Shown: positions 1 through 9,348, numbered from the stretch's first letter. The stretch is DNA of 64,000 nucleotides from an uncultured Candidatus Rokubacteria bacterium (GCA_963826115.1 CAWGVS010000006.1:1173186-1237185); one strand, 5' to 3'. The notes: generated by a model from the sequence alone, not told the origin. Made by a program: numbers and translations.

Positions 1-220
1 GATCCTCGGCCCCTCGGGCGACATCTGGACCACGAACGACGTGGGCATGCTGAAGGGCCTGGTCCAGTCCGGGGTGGCGCTCGGGCCGTGGAAGGAGGCG
101 CTCCGGCGCAACCCCTTCGACGTCAAGCGCGCCTACGTCGCGTCCCACACGGCCCGGCAGCTGCTGCCCCAGACCGTGCTCGGCCGTCCGGCCCCCGCGC
201 CGGCCGTCCTCTGGAGCTGA
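1..220 (+). CDS. 3' end of a probable FAD/NAD(P)-dependent oxidoreductase (partial)
   Basis: Open frame from the window edge (ILGPSGDIWTTNDVGMLKGLVQSGVALGPWKEALRRNPFDVKRAY...) ends at TGA 218-220 with strong GC3 bias. The product is inferred from its position upstream of AOR. Confidence 0.5.
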   Translation, partial: ILGPSGDIWTTNDVGMLKGLVQSGVALGPWKEALRRNPFDVKRAYVASHTARQLLPQTVLGRPAPAPAVLWS

Positions 221-233
221 ACATCAAGCAACG

Positions 234-300
234 GGGTCAGGCCTTGACTTTGATGTCCAGACGAAGTGTCCGGCAGGATCTCAAAGTCAAGGCCTGACCC
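234..300. repeat. Perfect 20-bp inverted repeat, REP-like element
   Basis: GGGTCAGGCCTTGACTTTGA (234-253) is the exact reverse complement of TCAAAGTCAAGGCCTGACCC (281-300), with a 27-nt spacer; intergenic. Confidence 0.85.
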
Positions 301-339
301 TGAAGTTTGGCAATCGAAGCTGAGGCCAGGAGAACGCCA

Positions 340-2274
340 ATGACGCAGGCAGGGACGATGGCGGCGACGAAGGTGGCGGGGGCGGTGCGGCGCGACCTCC
401 CCGGCGGGTACGCGGGACAGCTCCTCCGGGTCGACCTCGGGGCCGGTCGCGCGTGGGGCGAGCCCTGGTCGCCCGCCGACATGCGGACGTACCTCGGCGG
501 CGCCGGGCTCGGCGCGAAGATCCTGTGGGACGAGGTCCCGCCCGAGGTGGGCTGGGACCATCCGGCGAATCGCCTCGTCCTGGCGACAGGGCCCCTGGCC
601 GGCCTCCCGGTGTGGGGCACGGGCGGGCTCACCGTCGTCACGCGCGGCGCGATGACCAACGGCGGCACCTCGACCCAGGCCAACGGCTTCTTCGGCGCGA
701 ACCTGAAGTACTGCGGGTACGACGCCATCGTCGTCGAGGGCCAGGCGCCGGAGTGGACCTACCTCCTGGTCCGCGACGACCGCCTCGAGCTCCGCGACGC
801 GCGCCACCTCGTCGGCAAGGACACCTGGGAGACCCAGGACGCGCTGACCGCCGAGCTCGGGTGCTCGGGCCACATGCTGAGCGTCTACTCGATCGGTCCC
901 GCCGGCGAGAGCCTGGTGCGCTTCGCGGCGATCCAGGGCGACTACGGCCACGTCGCGTCCAAGAACGGCGTGGGCGCCGTGATGGGCAAGAAGCGCCTCA
1001 AGGCGGTCGCGATCGTCCGGGGCGGCGGCCTCCTCCGCGCCGCCGACCCGCGCGGGCTCATCGCCGCGGCCGACGACATCGCCAACGAGCTCCGCACGAA
1101 CCCCGCGTCCAAGACGCTCTACGAGTACGGCACGCTCCCGGGCGTCGTGAACCTGGGCGCCCTCGGCGCGCTCCCGATCAAGAACTACACGACGAACGTC
1201 ACGCCGCCCGGCGTCGACATGAAGCAGTGGGAGGCGCCGGCCCTCCGGAACGGCTTCGACCACCGCGGCCACCAGTGCAACGCCTGCGGCATGCACCACT
1301 GCCACATGCAGGTCCTGCCGAGCGGCAAGCACAAGGGCGCCATCGTCGACGAGCCCGAGTACGAGGGCTGGTCGGGCGCCGGCTGGACGATCGGCTGCAC
1401 CGACCCGGTGGCGGTCTCCTGGCTCAACACGCAGCTCGACCGCGCCTGCGTCGACGTCAACGAGTTCGGCTGGCTCTGCGGCTTCGTGATGGAGTGCCAG
1501 GAGAAGGGCTACATCACCGAGCAGCAGCTCGGCTTCCGGCTCGGGTGGGGCGACGCCGAGGGCGCGAACCGGCTCCTCCAGATGATCAACCGGCGCGAGG
1601 GCCTGGGCGATCTCCTCGCCGAGGGCACGAAGCTCGCGGCCGAGCGCCTGGGCGGCGGCGCGCTCGAGTGCTCGATCTACACCGGCAAGAACGCCTCGCC
1701 GCGCGGCCACGACCACCGAGGCCGCTGGGAGGAGATGCTCGACACGTGCACCGGCTCGACGGGGACGCTCGAGACCGGGCCGCCGGTGTTCCCGGCCGAG
1801 CTCGGCTTGCCCGCGCGCATCAACCCGTTCGACCCCGAGCAGGTCGCGCGCCAGGTGGCCGGCCTGAACGGCCGCCGGAACTTCGAGGACTCGCTGGGCG
1901 CCTGCATCTTCACGACGCGGACGTACCTCGAGAACCTCGCGCGCACGCTCTCGGCCGCCACCGGGTGGGAGTACTCGCGCGAGGAGGCGATGCGCTTCGG
2001 CCGGCGGATCGGCGCGATCTTCCGCGCCTTCAACCTCCGCTGCGGCATCCGGAACGACCTCGAGCGGCCGTCCCGGCGCTACTGGTCGACGCCGGTCGAC
2101 GGGCCCGCGAAGGGCCAGTCGATCGAGAAGCACTGGGAGCGCATGCTCGACGTCTGGTACGAGGGCATGGGCTACGACCGCGCGAGCGGGCGCCCGACGC
2201 CCGAGACCCTGAAGGCGGTGGGCCTCGAGTGGATGGTCCCGGCCGTGTGGGGCGACGACCGGTCGCGCCGGTGA
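340..2274 (+). CDS. aor: Aldehyde:ferredoxin oxidoreductase family (W/Mo-bis-pterin, 4Fe-4S)
   Basis: Motifs GYAGQLLRVDL, YLGGAGLGAKIL, GVGAVMGKKRLKAVA, CxxCxxxC (CNACGMHHC), EPEYE and DSLGAC; AGGAG RBS before ATG 340. Confidence 0.93.
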   Translation: MTQAGTMAATKVAGAVRRDLPGGYAGQLLRVDLGAGRAWGEPWSPADMRTYLGGAGLGAKILWDEVPPEVGWDHPANRLVLATGPLAGLPVWGTGGLTVVTRGAMTNGGTSTQANGFFGANLKYCGYDAIVVEGQAPEWTYLLVRDDRLELRDARHLVGKDTWETQDALTAELGCSGHMLSVYSIGPAGESLVRFAAIQGDYGHVASKNGVGAVMGKKRLKAVAIVRGGGLLRAADPRGLIAAADDIANELRTNPASKTLYEYGTLPGVVNLGALGALPIKNYTTNVTPPGVDMKQWEAPALRNGFDHRGHQCNACGMHHCHMQVLPSGKHKGAIVDEPEYEGWSGAGWTIGCTDPVAVSWLNTQLDRACVDVNEFGWLCGFVMECQEKGYITEQQLGFRLGWGDAEGANRLLQMINRREGLGDLLAEGTKLAAERLGGGALECSIYTGKNASPRGHDHRGRWEEMLDTCTGSTGTLETGPPVFPAELGLPARINPFDPEQVARQVAGLNGRRNFEDSLGACIFTTRTYLENLARTLSAATGWEYSREEAMRFGRRIGAIFRAFNLRCGIRNDLERPSRRYWSTPVDGPAKGQSIEKHWERMLDVWYEGMGYDRASGRPTPETLKAVGLEWMVPAVWGDDRSRR

Positions 2275-2597
2275 ACGCGGCCCCGCCCGCGCCCCGGACG
2301 GTGCCCGTCGAGGTCCTGTCCTGGGTCAACAAGCTGATCGGGGGGCCGGGGACGGGGCAGGTGACGGTGGACACGGCGGCGCCCCGCGGCGCGACCGTCC
2401 GCGCCGTGCTCCGCGCGATGTCGGAGCGCTACCCGGAGCTCGGCCAGGCGCTCTGGGACCCGACGCGCCCCCGCGAGCTCGGCGACAACATCGAGGTGCT
2501 CGTCAACAACGCCGTCCTGGGCCTGACGCACGACCTCGACAGCGAGGTGCTGGACGGCGAGCGGATCACGCTGCTCGGCCAGTACATGGGCGGCTAG
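2271..2597 (+). CDS. MoaD/ThiS family sulfur carrier
   Basis: GTG overlaps the aor stop; about 108 aa with VLVNN and C-terminal GG (LLGQYMGG). Confidence 0.88.
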   Translation: MNAAPPAPRTVPVEVLSWVNKLIGGPGTGQVTVDTAAPRGATVRAVLRAMSERYPELGQALWDPTRPRELGDNIEVLVNNAVLGLTHDLDSEVLDGERITLLGQYMGG

Positions 2598-2613
2598 ACA
2601 GGAGAGCCCCGTC

Positions 2614-3252
2614 ATGATGCCGGAGCCGTCGACCCTCGCCGTGTTCGTCGTGGCCGCCGTGGCGCTCCTCGTCACGCCCGGTCCGGCGGTCCTCTACATC
2701 GTCGCCCGGAGCGTGGAGCAGGGGCGCTGGGCGGGCGTCGTCTCGGCGCTGGGCGTCCACGTCGGCACGCTCGTCCACGTCGCCGCGGCCGCCCTCGGGC
2801 TCTCCGCGCTCCTCGTCTCGTCGGCCCTCGCCTTCGACATCGTCAAGTACCTCGGGGCCGTCTACCTCGTCTACCTGGGGGTCCGGCGGCTCCTCGCGAG
2901 GGACGCGCGCGCCGAGTCGGGCGCCGCCCCGCCCAGGAGCCTCCGGCGCCTCTTCGGGCAGGGCATCGTCGTCAACATCCTGAACCCGAAGACGGCCCTC
3001 TTCTTCCTGGCGTTCCTCCCGCAGTTCGTCGATCCGGCTCGCGGGCAGGTGGGCCTCCAGATCCTGGCCCTCGGGATGATCTTCGTGGCCCTCGGCGTCG
3101 TCAGCGACGGCCTCTATGCGATCGCCGCCGGCACGGCGGGGGGGTGGCTCAAGCGCGACGGCCGCGTCCTCCGCGCCGAGCGGTACGTCACCGGCGGCGT
3201 CTTCGTCGGCCTCGGCCTGACCGCCGCGTTCGCCGGCAACGGCCGGAAGTAG
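2614..3252 (+). CDS. LysE/RhtB family translocator
   Basis: TPGPAVLYIV and NILNPKTALFFLAFLPQF motifs; hydrophobic 212 aa. Confidence 0.92.
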   Translation: MMPEPSTLAVFVVAAVALLVTPGPAVLYIVARSVEQGRWAGVVSALGVHVGTLVHVAAAALGLSALLVSSALAFDIVKYLGAVYLVYLGVRRLLARDARAESGAAPPRSLRRLFGQGIVVNILNPKTALFFLAFLPQFVDPARGQVGLQILALGMIFVALGVVSDGLYAIAAGTAGGWLKRDGRVLRAERYVTGGVFVGLGLTAAFAGNGRK

Positions 3253-3325
3253 CTGTCCGTCCGGCCGGTCGAAGTGGCGACTCGGTGACACGACCGGACT
3301 GCACCCATCTGCGACGATGTGCTAC

Positions 3326-3610
3326 ATGCGATACCGGAAGAATGAGATTGGCGTGCGGGAGCTGAGGCAGAACCTCAGCGTCTACCTGCGACGGGTCAAG
3401 GCTGGTCAAACCCTCGACGTCAGGGAACGCGGCACCCGGGTCGCTCTGATCGTTCCGGCGACCGGGCGTTCGACGGTTCTCGAACGGCTGATCGAGGCCG
3501 GCCGCGCGACTGCCGCGAAGGGGGATCTGCTCGGGCTCGGACGACCGATTGGACGGCGACCGTCTCGGCGAGCCAGCCGAGCTTTCGCCAGCCTCCGCGC
3601 CGAGGGCTGA
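3326..3610 (+). CDS. Phd/YefM family antitoxin
   Basis: IGVRELRQNLSVYLRRVKAG...RGTRVALIVP; stop overlaps the toxin start. Alternative ATG at 3317. Confidence 0.85.
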   Translation: MRYRKNEIGVRELRQNLSVYLRRVKAGQTLDVRERGTRVALIVPATGRSTVLERLIEAGRATAAKGDLLGLGRPIGRRPSRRASRAFASLRAEG

Positions 3611-4008
3611 TGCCGCTCGTCTACCTGGACTCGTCGGCCCTGGTGAAGCTCGTCGTCACGGAGCCGGAGTCGATGGCGTTGATCGAGCGCCTCCAAGCCT
3701 GGCCTCGGCGCGTGTCCAGCGCGCTCGCGTTGACCGAGCTGCCTCGCGCCCTGGCGCGCGCGGGTTTCGGCCCTCCCGTGCAGCGTCGCGCTCGGGAGGT
3801 GCTCGGGCGTCTCGACCTGCTCGACGTCGACCGCCGGATCCTGGCGACCGCGGCGGCGCTCGAGCCGACGGCCCTGCGCACGCTCGGCGCGATTCACCTG
3901 GCCACGGCCCTGGCCGTGCGCGAGGATCTCGATCTCGTCGTCACCTATGATCGACGACTGCGGGCGGCCGTCGAGCGAGTGCACCTCGACGTTGCGACAC
4001 TCGCCTGA
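3610..4008 (+). CDS. vapC: VapC PIN-domain toxin
   Basis: YLDSSALVKL, LTEL, AIHLATAL and TYDRRL motifs. Confidence 0.9.
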   Translation: MPLVYLDSSALVKLVVTEPESMALIERLQAWPRRVSSALALTELPRALARAGFGPPVQRRAREVLGRLDLLDVDRRILATAAALEPTALRTLGAIHLATALAVREDLDLVVTYDRRLRAAVERVHLDVATLA

Positions 4009-4153
4009 GGCGGCCACGCGCATGGACCTGATCCCGGGGGATCGTCGCGGCGCCCGTGCTCCCGATCTACTCTGACCGGCCTTCCGGCCCTCGGGGACGG
4101 TGCAGTATCATCGCCAGACATCGAGGGCCGCGAGGCCCGGAGAGGAGCCGCGG

Positions 4154-4510
4154 ATGATTGCCAAGGCTACGGATCGGTCGACGTACCTGGACCTCCACAA
4201 GATGGACTGGGAGCCCAGCGGGTTCCCGGGCGTGTGGAACAAGGTGCTCTACGAGGAGCCCGACGGCCGCCGGACCATCCTGACCCGCTTCGAGCCCGGC
4301 GCCCGGCTGCCGCGCCACCGCCACGTCGGGCTCGAGCAGACGTTCATCCTCGAGGGCTCGCTGGTGGACGACGACGGGGAGTGCACGGCGGGGAACTTCG
4401 TCTGGCGGCGCCCCGGGTCGGTCCACCGGGCATGGTCGCCGAACGGCTGCATCGGCATCGGGATCTTCGAGCGCCCGAACGAGTTCCTGGAAGAGCCGGG
4501 CCGGGCCTAG
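4154..4510 (+). CDS. ChrR-like cupin domain protein
   Basis: PGARLPRHRHVGLEQTFILEGSL...PGSVH cupin motifs; GAGGAG RBS. Confidence 0.85.
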   Translation: MIAKATDRSTYLDLHKMDWEPSGFPGVWNKVLYEEPDGRRTILTRFEPGARLPRHRHVGLEQTFILEGSLVDDDGECTAGNFVWRRPGSVHRAWSPNGCIGIGIFERPNEFLEEPGRA

Positions 4511-4599
4511 GGCCCCGCGGCGTCCTCCACGACTGACGCCTCCCGCGCCGCGACGGGCTCGTGTCGCGGGGTGGCTCCGGCCGCGCTCGCGGGCCGGCG

Positions 4600-4830
4600 C
4601 TACGGGTAGCGGATCAGGCGGCCGGTGAAGGAGACCGTGAAGTTGAGCGTCCGGTTGCTCCCGCCGAGCAGGACCAGCACGTCCGTCCGCGGCGCCGCGC
4701 AGCCGATCAGCCTCCGACCCCCGCCGATCGGCAACCCGATTCCCGCCACGATGGTGTAGATCACCTGGGCCTAGGGCGAGGTCTGGTTGAGGAACACCCG
4801 CTGGACGTTGACGGGACGGATCGAGGGCAT
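4600..4830 (-). pseudogene. Small ORF interrupted by an in-frame TAG
   Basis: GAGGAGG RBS, ATG at 4830, TAG at codon 20 (4771-4773), then 56 more sense codons to TAG at 4600. Confidence 0.4.
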
Positions 4831-4933
4831 GCAGACCTCCTCTGGCGCTGGGAGCGATTGATCGCGTGTCGCGCGCGTCGCCGGCACACGAGGGCTACCG
4901 CTTCTGTGGTGCGCGTGTCAAGATGCCGGACCA

Positions 4934-5920
4934 ATGCGACTCAGGTTCGGGATCTGTCCTACGGAGGGCGGCCACTTCTTCCGGGAATCACTGGCCGAGG
5001 TCGAGCGCGCCGAGGCGCTGGGTCTCGACTCGGTGTGGCTCGCCGAGCACCACGGCGTCCGCGACCACTACTGGCCCGCGCCGGTCCAGATGCTGACCGC
5101 GCTCGCCGCGCGGACGTCGCGCGTGACCCTCGGCGCGAACGTGTGCGTGTTCCCGTTCTACCACCCGGTGCGGCTCGCCGAGGAGACGGCCCTCCTCGAC
5201 GTGGTCTCGAACGGGCGCGCCGTCCTGGGGGTCGCCATCGGCTACAAGCCCGACGAGTTCCTCCTCTACGACGCTCAGCTCGAGAAGCGCGGGGCGCGGC
5301 TCGAGGAGGGCCTCGCCCTCATGAAGGCGCTCTGGACGCGGGACGGCGTGACCCACCGCGGGGCGCACTTCACGGTCGTGGACGGGCGGATCGAGCCGAA
5401 GCCGGTCCAGCAGCCCCACCCGCCGGTGTGGATCGGCGGCTGGGGCGACGTCACCCTCCGTCGCGCCGCGCTCCTCGCCGACGCGTGGCTGCCGGGCCCG
5501 ACGGCGGACCTCCCGCGGCTCCTCCGGAGCCAGGCGCAGATCCGGGAGCACCGCCGGCAGGCCGGCCTCCCCGAGCCCGCCGAGTGGCCGGTGACGCGCG
5601 AGCTCTGCATCGCGGAGACGGAGCGCGAGGCGCGCGAGCTGGCCGACCGCCACCTCATGCTCGCCTACGGGAAGGAGTACGGCGGGACCTGGAAGCATCC
5701 CTTCATCGACGCGGAGACCGCGGCGGACCTCGACCGTCTCGCCGCGAACCGCTTCCTCATCGGGACGCCGGACCGGGTCGTCCGGGACCTCCAGCCGTTC
5801 GTCCGGGAGTACGGGATGACCCACGTGATCTTCCGGCTCTTCACGCCCGGCATGCCGCACCGGCAGGTGCTGCGCCAGATCGAGCTCCTGGCGCGAGAGG
5901 TCGTCCCCGCGTTTCGCTAG
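4934..5920 (+). CDS. Luciferase-like (LLM) flavin-dependent oxidoreductase
   Basis: AEALGLDSVWLAEHH, HPVRLAEETALLDVVSNGR and PKPVQQPHPPVWIGG. Confidence 0.92.
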   Translation: MRLRFGICPTEGGHFFRESLAEVERAEALGLDSVWLAEHHGVRDHYWPAPVQMLTALAARTSRVTLGANVCVFPFYHPVRLAEETALLDVVSNGRAVLGVAIGYKPDEFLLYDAQLEKRGARLEEGLALMKALWTRDGVTHRGAHFTVVDGRIEPKPVQQPHPPVWIGGWGDVTLRRAALLADAWLPGPTADLPRLLRSQAQIREHRRQAGLPEPAEWPVTRELCIAETEREARELADRHLMLAYGKEYGGTWKHPFIDAETAADLDRLAANRFLIGTPDRVVRDLQPFVREYGMTHVIFRLFTPGMPHRQVLRQIELLAREVVPAFR

Positions 5921-6567
5921 CGCCCCGCCTCGCCCGGCGGCGCGACGACGGCCCGGACGAGCATTTGCTTCCCGAGCGGCTTCCAGGGGAGCCGGAGGTA
6001 CAGGCGGATCAGGGCGGGCGACACGGGCAGCCGCGACGCGACCGTGAGCGGGAGAAACCGCGGCCGGCACTCGACGACGCGAAAGCCGTTGACCGCGAGG
6101 AAGTCCACGAGGCTCCGGTCCGTGTAGACGGTCTGGTGCGTGTAGTCGTCGAAGTACTCGCGATGGGCGTACCGGTAGTTCGGCTGGAGGAGCGCGATCG
6201 ATCCCCCGGGGGCGAGCGTCCGCCGGAGCTCCGCGAGGACCCGGGCGCCGTCGCTCCGCGTCAAGTGCTCCAGCAGGTTGCTGGCGAGCGCGAAGTCGAC
6301 CGAGCCGTCCGGGATGACACCGAGGTCGGTCACGTCACCGACGTGCGCCGTGACGCCGGGCGCGAGGTGGCGGGGCATCCCGCCCCACTGATCGACCGCG
6401 ATCCGCCGCGCGCACCGGATGTTGTTGATGAAGTGGCCGTAGCCGGCGCCGAGGTCGAGCACGCACGCGTCCGGCCGGACCAGCGCCTGGAAGTAGTACC
6501 GGCAGAGGGCCTGCCACACGACGTCCCGGCGCGGATCGAAGGGCAGGCGGGTCTCGTGGTAGCTCAT
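5917..6567 (-). CDS. Class I SAM-dependent methyltransferase
   Basis: VLDLGAGYG motif I and SNLLEHL; ATG overlaps the upstream stop. Confidence 0.88.
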   Translation of the reverse strand: MSYHETRLPFDPRRDVVWQALCRYYFQALVRPDACVLDLGAGYGHFINNIRCARRIAVDQWGGMPRHLAPGVTAHVGDVTDLGVIPDGSVDFALASNLLEHLTRSDGARVLAELRRTLAPGGSIALLQPNYRYAHREYFDDYTHQTVYTDRSLVDFLAVNGFRVVECRPRFLPLTVASRLPVSPALIRLYLRLPWKPLGKQMLVRAVVAPPGEAGR

Positions 6568-7616
6568 CGGCCGCGTCTCGTGACGCGCCGCCAGCCGAAG
6601 AGCAGCCCGGCCACCATCCGCAGCCCCACCCGCGCCGCGACCCAGTTGCTCGAGGCGCCCTTGCTCCGGCCATACCGGGCGTGGAAGGTCACCGGGCACT
6701 CGACGACGCGGAAGCCGTGGCCCAGGGCCGTGTCGAGGAAATGGGCGTTGAACTCGAGGTTCACCGCGGAGTCGAGGCGCGGCAGGAGGCGGGCCAGCGC
6801 GTCGTTCCGGCAGAGCTTGTAGGTGGTGCCGACGTCGGTGAACGTGCCGCGGCCGAGGTGCTTGAGCTCGAGCAGCTTCCCGACGATGAAGTTGCCGTAG
6901 TACATGCCGGTGGTCAGCTGCGTCCGGAACGCGCGGAGCTGCTCGACGATGCGCGTCCCGTTCACGATGTCGGCGTGCGGCGCGTAGGCGAGGAACTTGT
7001 CGATGTCGTAGGCGCGGTACGTCATGTCCCCCTCGCAGAGGAGGGTGAGGTCGGTGTCGCCGTGGGAGAGCCCCTCGGCGAGGGCCCGCCAGACGCACCG
7101 GCCGTAGCCCGGCTGGAGCTCGCGGACCACGAGCGCGCCGGCCTCCGCTGCCACCGCGGAGGTGCGATCGACGCTGTTGTTGTCGACCACGACGACCCGC
7201 CGGGTCCGCGGGTGCGCGCAGAAGTCGCGGACCGCCGGCCCGATGCTCTCCTCGTCGTTGTACGCCGTCAGCACCACGGTGACGTCCAGGTTGGCGAGAG
7301 GCTCGTAGCGCACGTCCAGGCCGAGGCGCTTCCGGGGCAGGAGGACGAGCAGGTCGACGGTGATGAGGACGAGGCCCGTGACGACCGGGATCCCGCTGTA
7401 CCAGACCACCTTCTGGAGGAAGGGCAGCAGGACATCGTGCCGATCGAAGGGGAGGGTCAGGAACCGGCCGAGGACCCCGAGCGTGTAGATGGCGAAGCCG
7501 ATGCCCGCCAGGAGGAGACCCCAGAGGAGCGCGGGAAACGTCGCGCGCGCCGGGACGACCCCCGCGTCATCGGCGGGCTCGGGCGGCGGCGTCAGCGCGT
7601 GCGGGCGGGCGCTCAC
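6564..7616 (-). CDS. GT2 glycosyltransferase (DPM-synthase-like) with N-terminal TM helices
   Basis: VVLTAYNDEESI, VVDNNSVDRT, GYG, CEGD and ECPVTFHARYGRSK. Confidence 0.88.
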   Translation of the reverse strand: MSARPHALTPPPEPADDAGVVPARATFPALLWGLLLAGIGFAIYTLGVLGRFLTLPFDRHDVLLPFLQKVVWYSGIPVVTGLVLITVDLLVLLPRKRLGLDVRYEPLANLDVTVVLTAYNDEESIGPAVRDFCAHPRTRRVVVVDNNSVDRTSAVAAEAGALVVRELQPGYGRCVWRALAEGLSHGDTDLTLLCEGDMTYRAYDIDKFLAYAPHADIVNGTRIVEQLRAFRTQLTTGMYYGNFIVGKLLELKHLGRGTFTDVGTTYKLCRNDALARLLPRLDSAVNLEFNAHFLDTALGHGFRVVECPVTFHARYGRSKGASSNWVAARVGLRMVAGLLFGWRRVTRRGR

Positions 7617-9229
7617 CAGCTGACCATCGACGCGTCGAGGACATCGCGCATCGGCGCGCAGCCGAGGCGCTGGAGCCCGTCCTTCAGGCGCGCGGTGTCA
7701 CGCTCGTCCTTGGGCAGATGGAACAGGCGCCCCGCCAGGGCGCAGTGGGGCGTGTAGGCGCCCCGGATCGCGTCCCGGAAGGCGGGGCTCAGGGACTGGA
7801 GGCCCCGGTACACGTTGTTGTCCAGGCGGGTCACGACGAGGTCGAACTCTCGCGCGCGGAGCCGGCCGGCCAGCGGCCCGGTGTCGTACCGGCCCTGCTT
7901 CTCGAGGAGGTAGATGAGGGACGGCTCGGTGATCGGCGGCGAGGGCGCCAGGAGGGCGAGCGGCCCCGCCGCCGGGAACACCCTCTTGTCCTGCAGGATC
8001 TCGTGGAGGGCGTGCCACTCGGCGTTCCGGGCCCGGACGTCCCAGGTCAGCGATTTCTTGACCGAGCCCAGGATCGTCGGGAGCTGGATGGCGAGGATCA
8101 GCACCGCGACGAGCACTTGCACGACCGGGGCCTGACCGGCGAGCCGGTAGAGCCGGAACGGCACCACGCTCGCGAGCGGCACCGCCACGAGCAAGGTCTC
8201 GAAGAGGTAGTTGAAGTTCGCGCCGGGGTGCCGCATCGTGGCCAAACCCACCAGCAGCGAGACGGCGGCGTACAGGAGGAGCAGGCCACTCTTCGGCCCG
8301 AGCCGGCGGAGGAAGAGCGGCACCGCGCTGAGCGCCAGCAGGAACACCGGCTCGGACGCCACCGCGAACCCGAACCGCACCCAGCCCCGGTACTCCGTCA
8401 ATGACGACCGGATGGCCGTGACGTTCTCGATCAGATGGGGCTCGAACGGGACGAAGACGAGGTAGCTGCCGGCGGCGGTCAGCGCGGCACCGGCCGCGAG
8501 CTCGGCCGCGTGCCGGTAGCGACGTCTCCAGACGAGCCACAGGACGCCCGTGATCGCCGCCGACACGAACGTCAGCTTGAAGCCAAACGAGAGGCCGGCC
8601 GCGAGCCCCGCGAGCGCCGGCGCGCCGCGCCACCGGCCCATGAGGATCCGGACCGACAGGAGCGCGAACAGGAGCCCGATGAAGTCGGCGCGGATCTGCG
8701 GCGCCCACTCGCCGAAGACGTAGACGGAGAAGCCGAGGAGGCCGCTCCACACCACGACGCGCGGGTGGCGGGTCAAGGCCCTGGTCACCGACATGGCGAC
8801 GAGCACGGTCAGCGCGAAGAACGTCAGGGCCATGAGACGCGCGGGCAGGAAGGGATTCGCGGGCTGCGCCAGACGGTACGGGATCGATGCCAGGAGGTAG
8901 AACATCGGACTGTACAGGCTCGGGTTGTGGGGTGCCTCGTCCGGGCCGCGATAGAGACGGCCGGTGAGGGCGTACTGCCGCACGTCGTAGAGGATGAAGG
9001 TGTCCCCGTATCCGACCTCGTCCAGGAGCGGCATGGTCACCGCGAAGCGCAGGACGTTCGCCCCGAGCCCCAGGACGACACAGAGGAGGAGAGCAAGGTA
9101 CGCCCACGGCAGGCCTCCGGCCCGGCGGCGCGGCGCCGCCCGACCCCCCCCGATGACGGGTTCGCTCGTCACAGGCCCTCTCGCCCTGTGTGGCAGGAGG
9201 CTCGCGTTCCAGCGACGCGGCAATCTCAC
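7613..9229 (-). CDS. Polytopic membrane protein, probable GT-C (ArnT/PMT-like) transferase
   Basis: Many TM segments with YGD, YSPMFY, RAD and FKLT motifs; the true start may be GTG 9172. Confidence 0.65.
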   Translation of the reverse strand: MRLPRRWNASLLPHRARGPVTSEPVIGGGRAAPRRRAGGLPWAYLALLLCVVLGLGANVLRFAVTMPLLDEVGYGDTFILYDVRQYALTGRLYRGPDEAPHNPSLYSPMFYLLASIPYRLAQPANPFLPARLMALTFFALTVLVAMSVTRALTRHPRVVVWSGLLGFSVYVFGEWAPQIRADFIGLLFALLSVRILMGRWRGAPALAGLAAGLSFGFKLTFVSAAITGVLWLVWRRRYRHAAELAAGAALTAAGSYLVFVPFEPHLIENVTAIRSSLTEYRGWVRFGFAVASEPVFLLALSAVPLFLRRLGPKSGLLLLYAAVSLLVGLATMRHPGANFNYLFETLLVAVPLASVVPFRLYRLAGQAPVVQVLVAVLILAIQLPTILGSVKKSLTWDVRARNAEWHALHEILQDKRVFPAAGPLALLAPSPPITEPSLIYLLEKQGRYDTGPLAGRLRAREFDLVVTRLDNNVYRGLQSLSPAFRDAIRGAYTPHCALAGRLFHLPKDERDTARLKDGLQRLGCAPMRDVLDASMVSW

Positions 9230-9348
9230 GCGTCGCCCGCACCGCTACCGTAGCACGCACGGTGCCAGCGGTACCGACGCCGCCGGACGGGGTCCAGCAA
9301 GTCCGGCGGCGGGAGGTCAGCTCGGCATTCGTCAGACGCGACGCGGTT

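Noticed and set aside
133-2133. Long antisense and alternate-frame ORFs here and throughout (e.g. 4561-6822, 10306-12075, 22140-24329)
   Set aside because: Arg/Pro/Gly-rich shadow ORFs expected in high-GC DNA, overlapping clearly recognisable genes.
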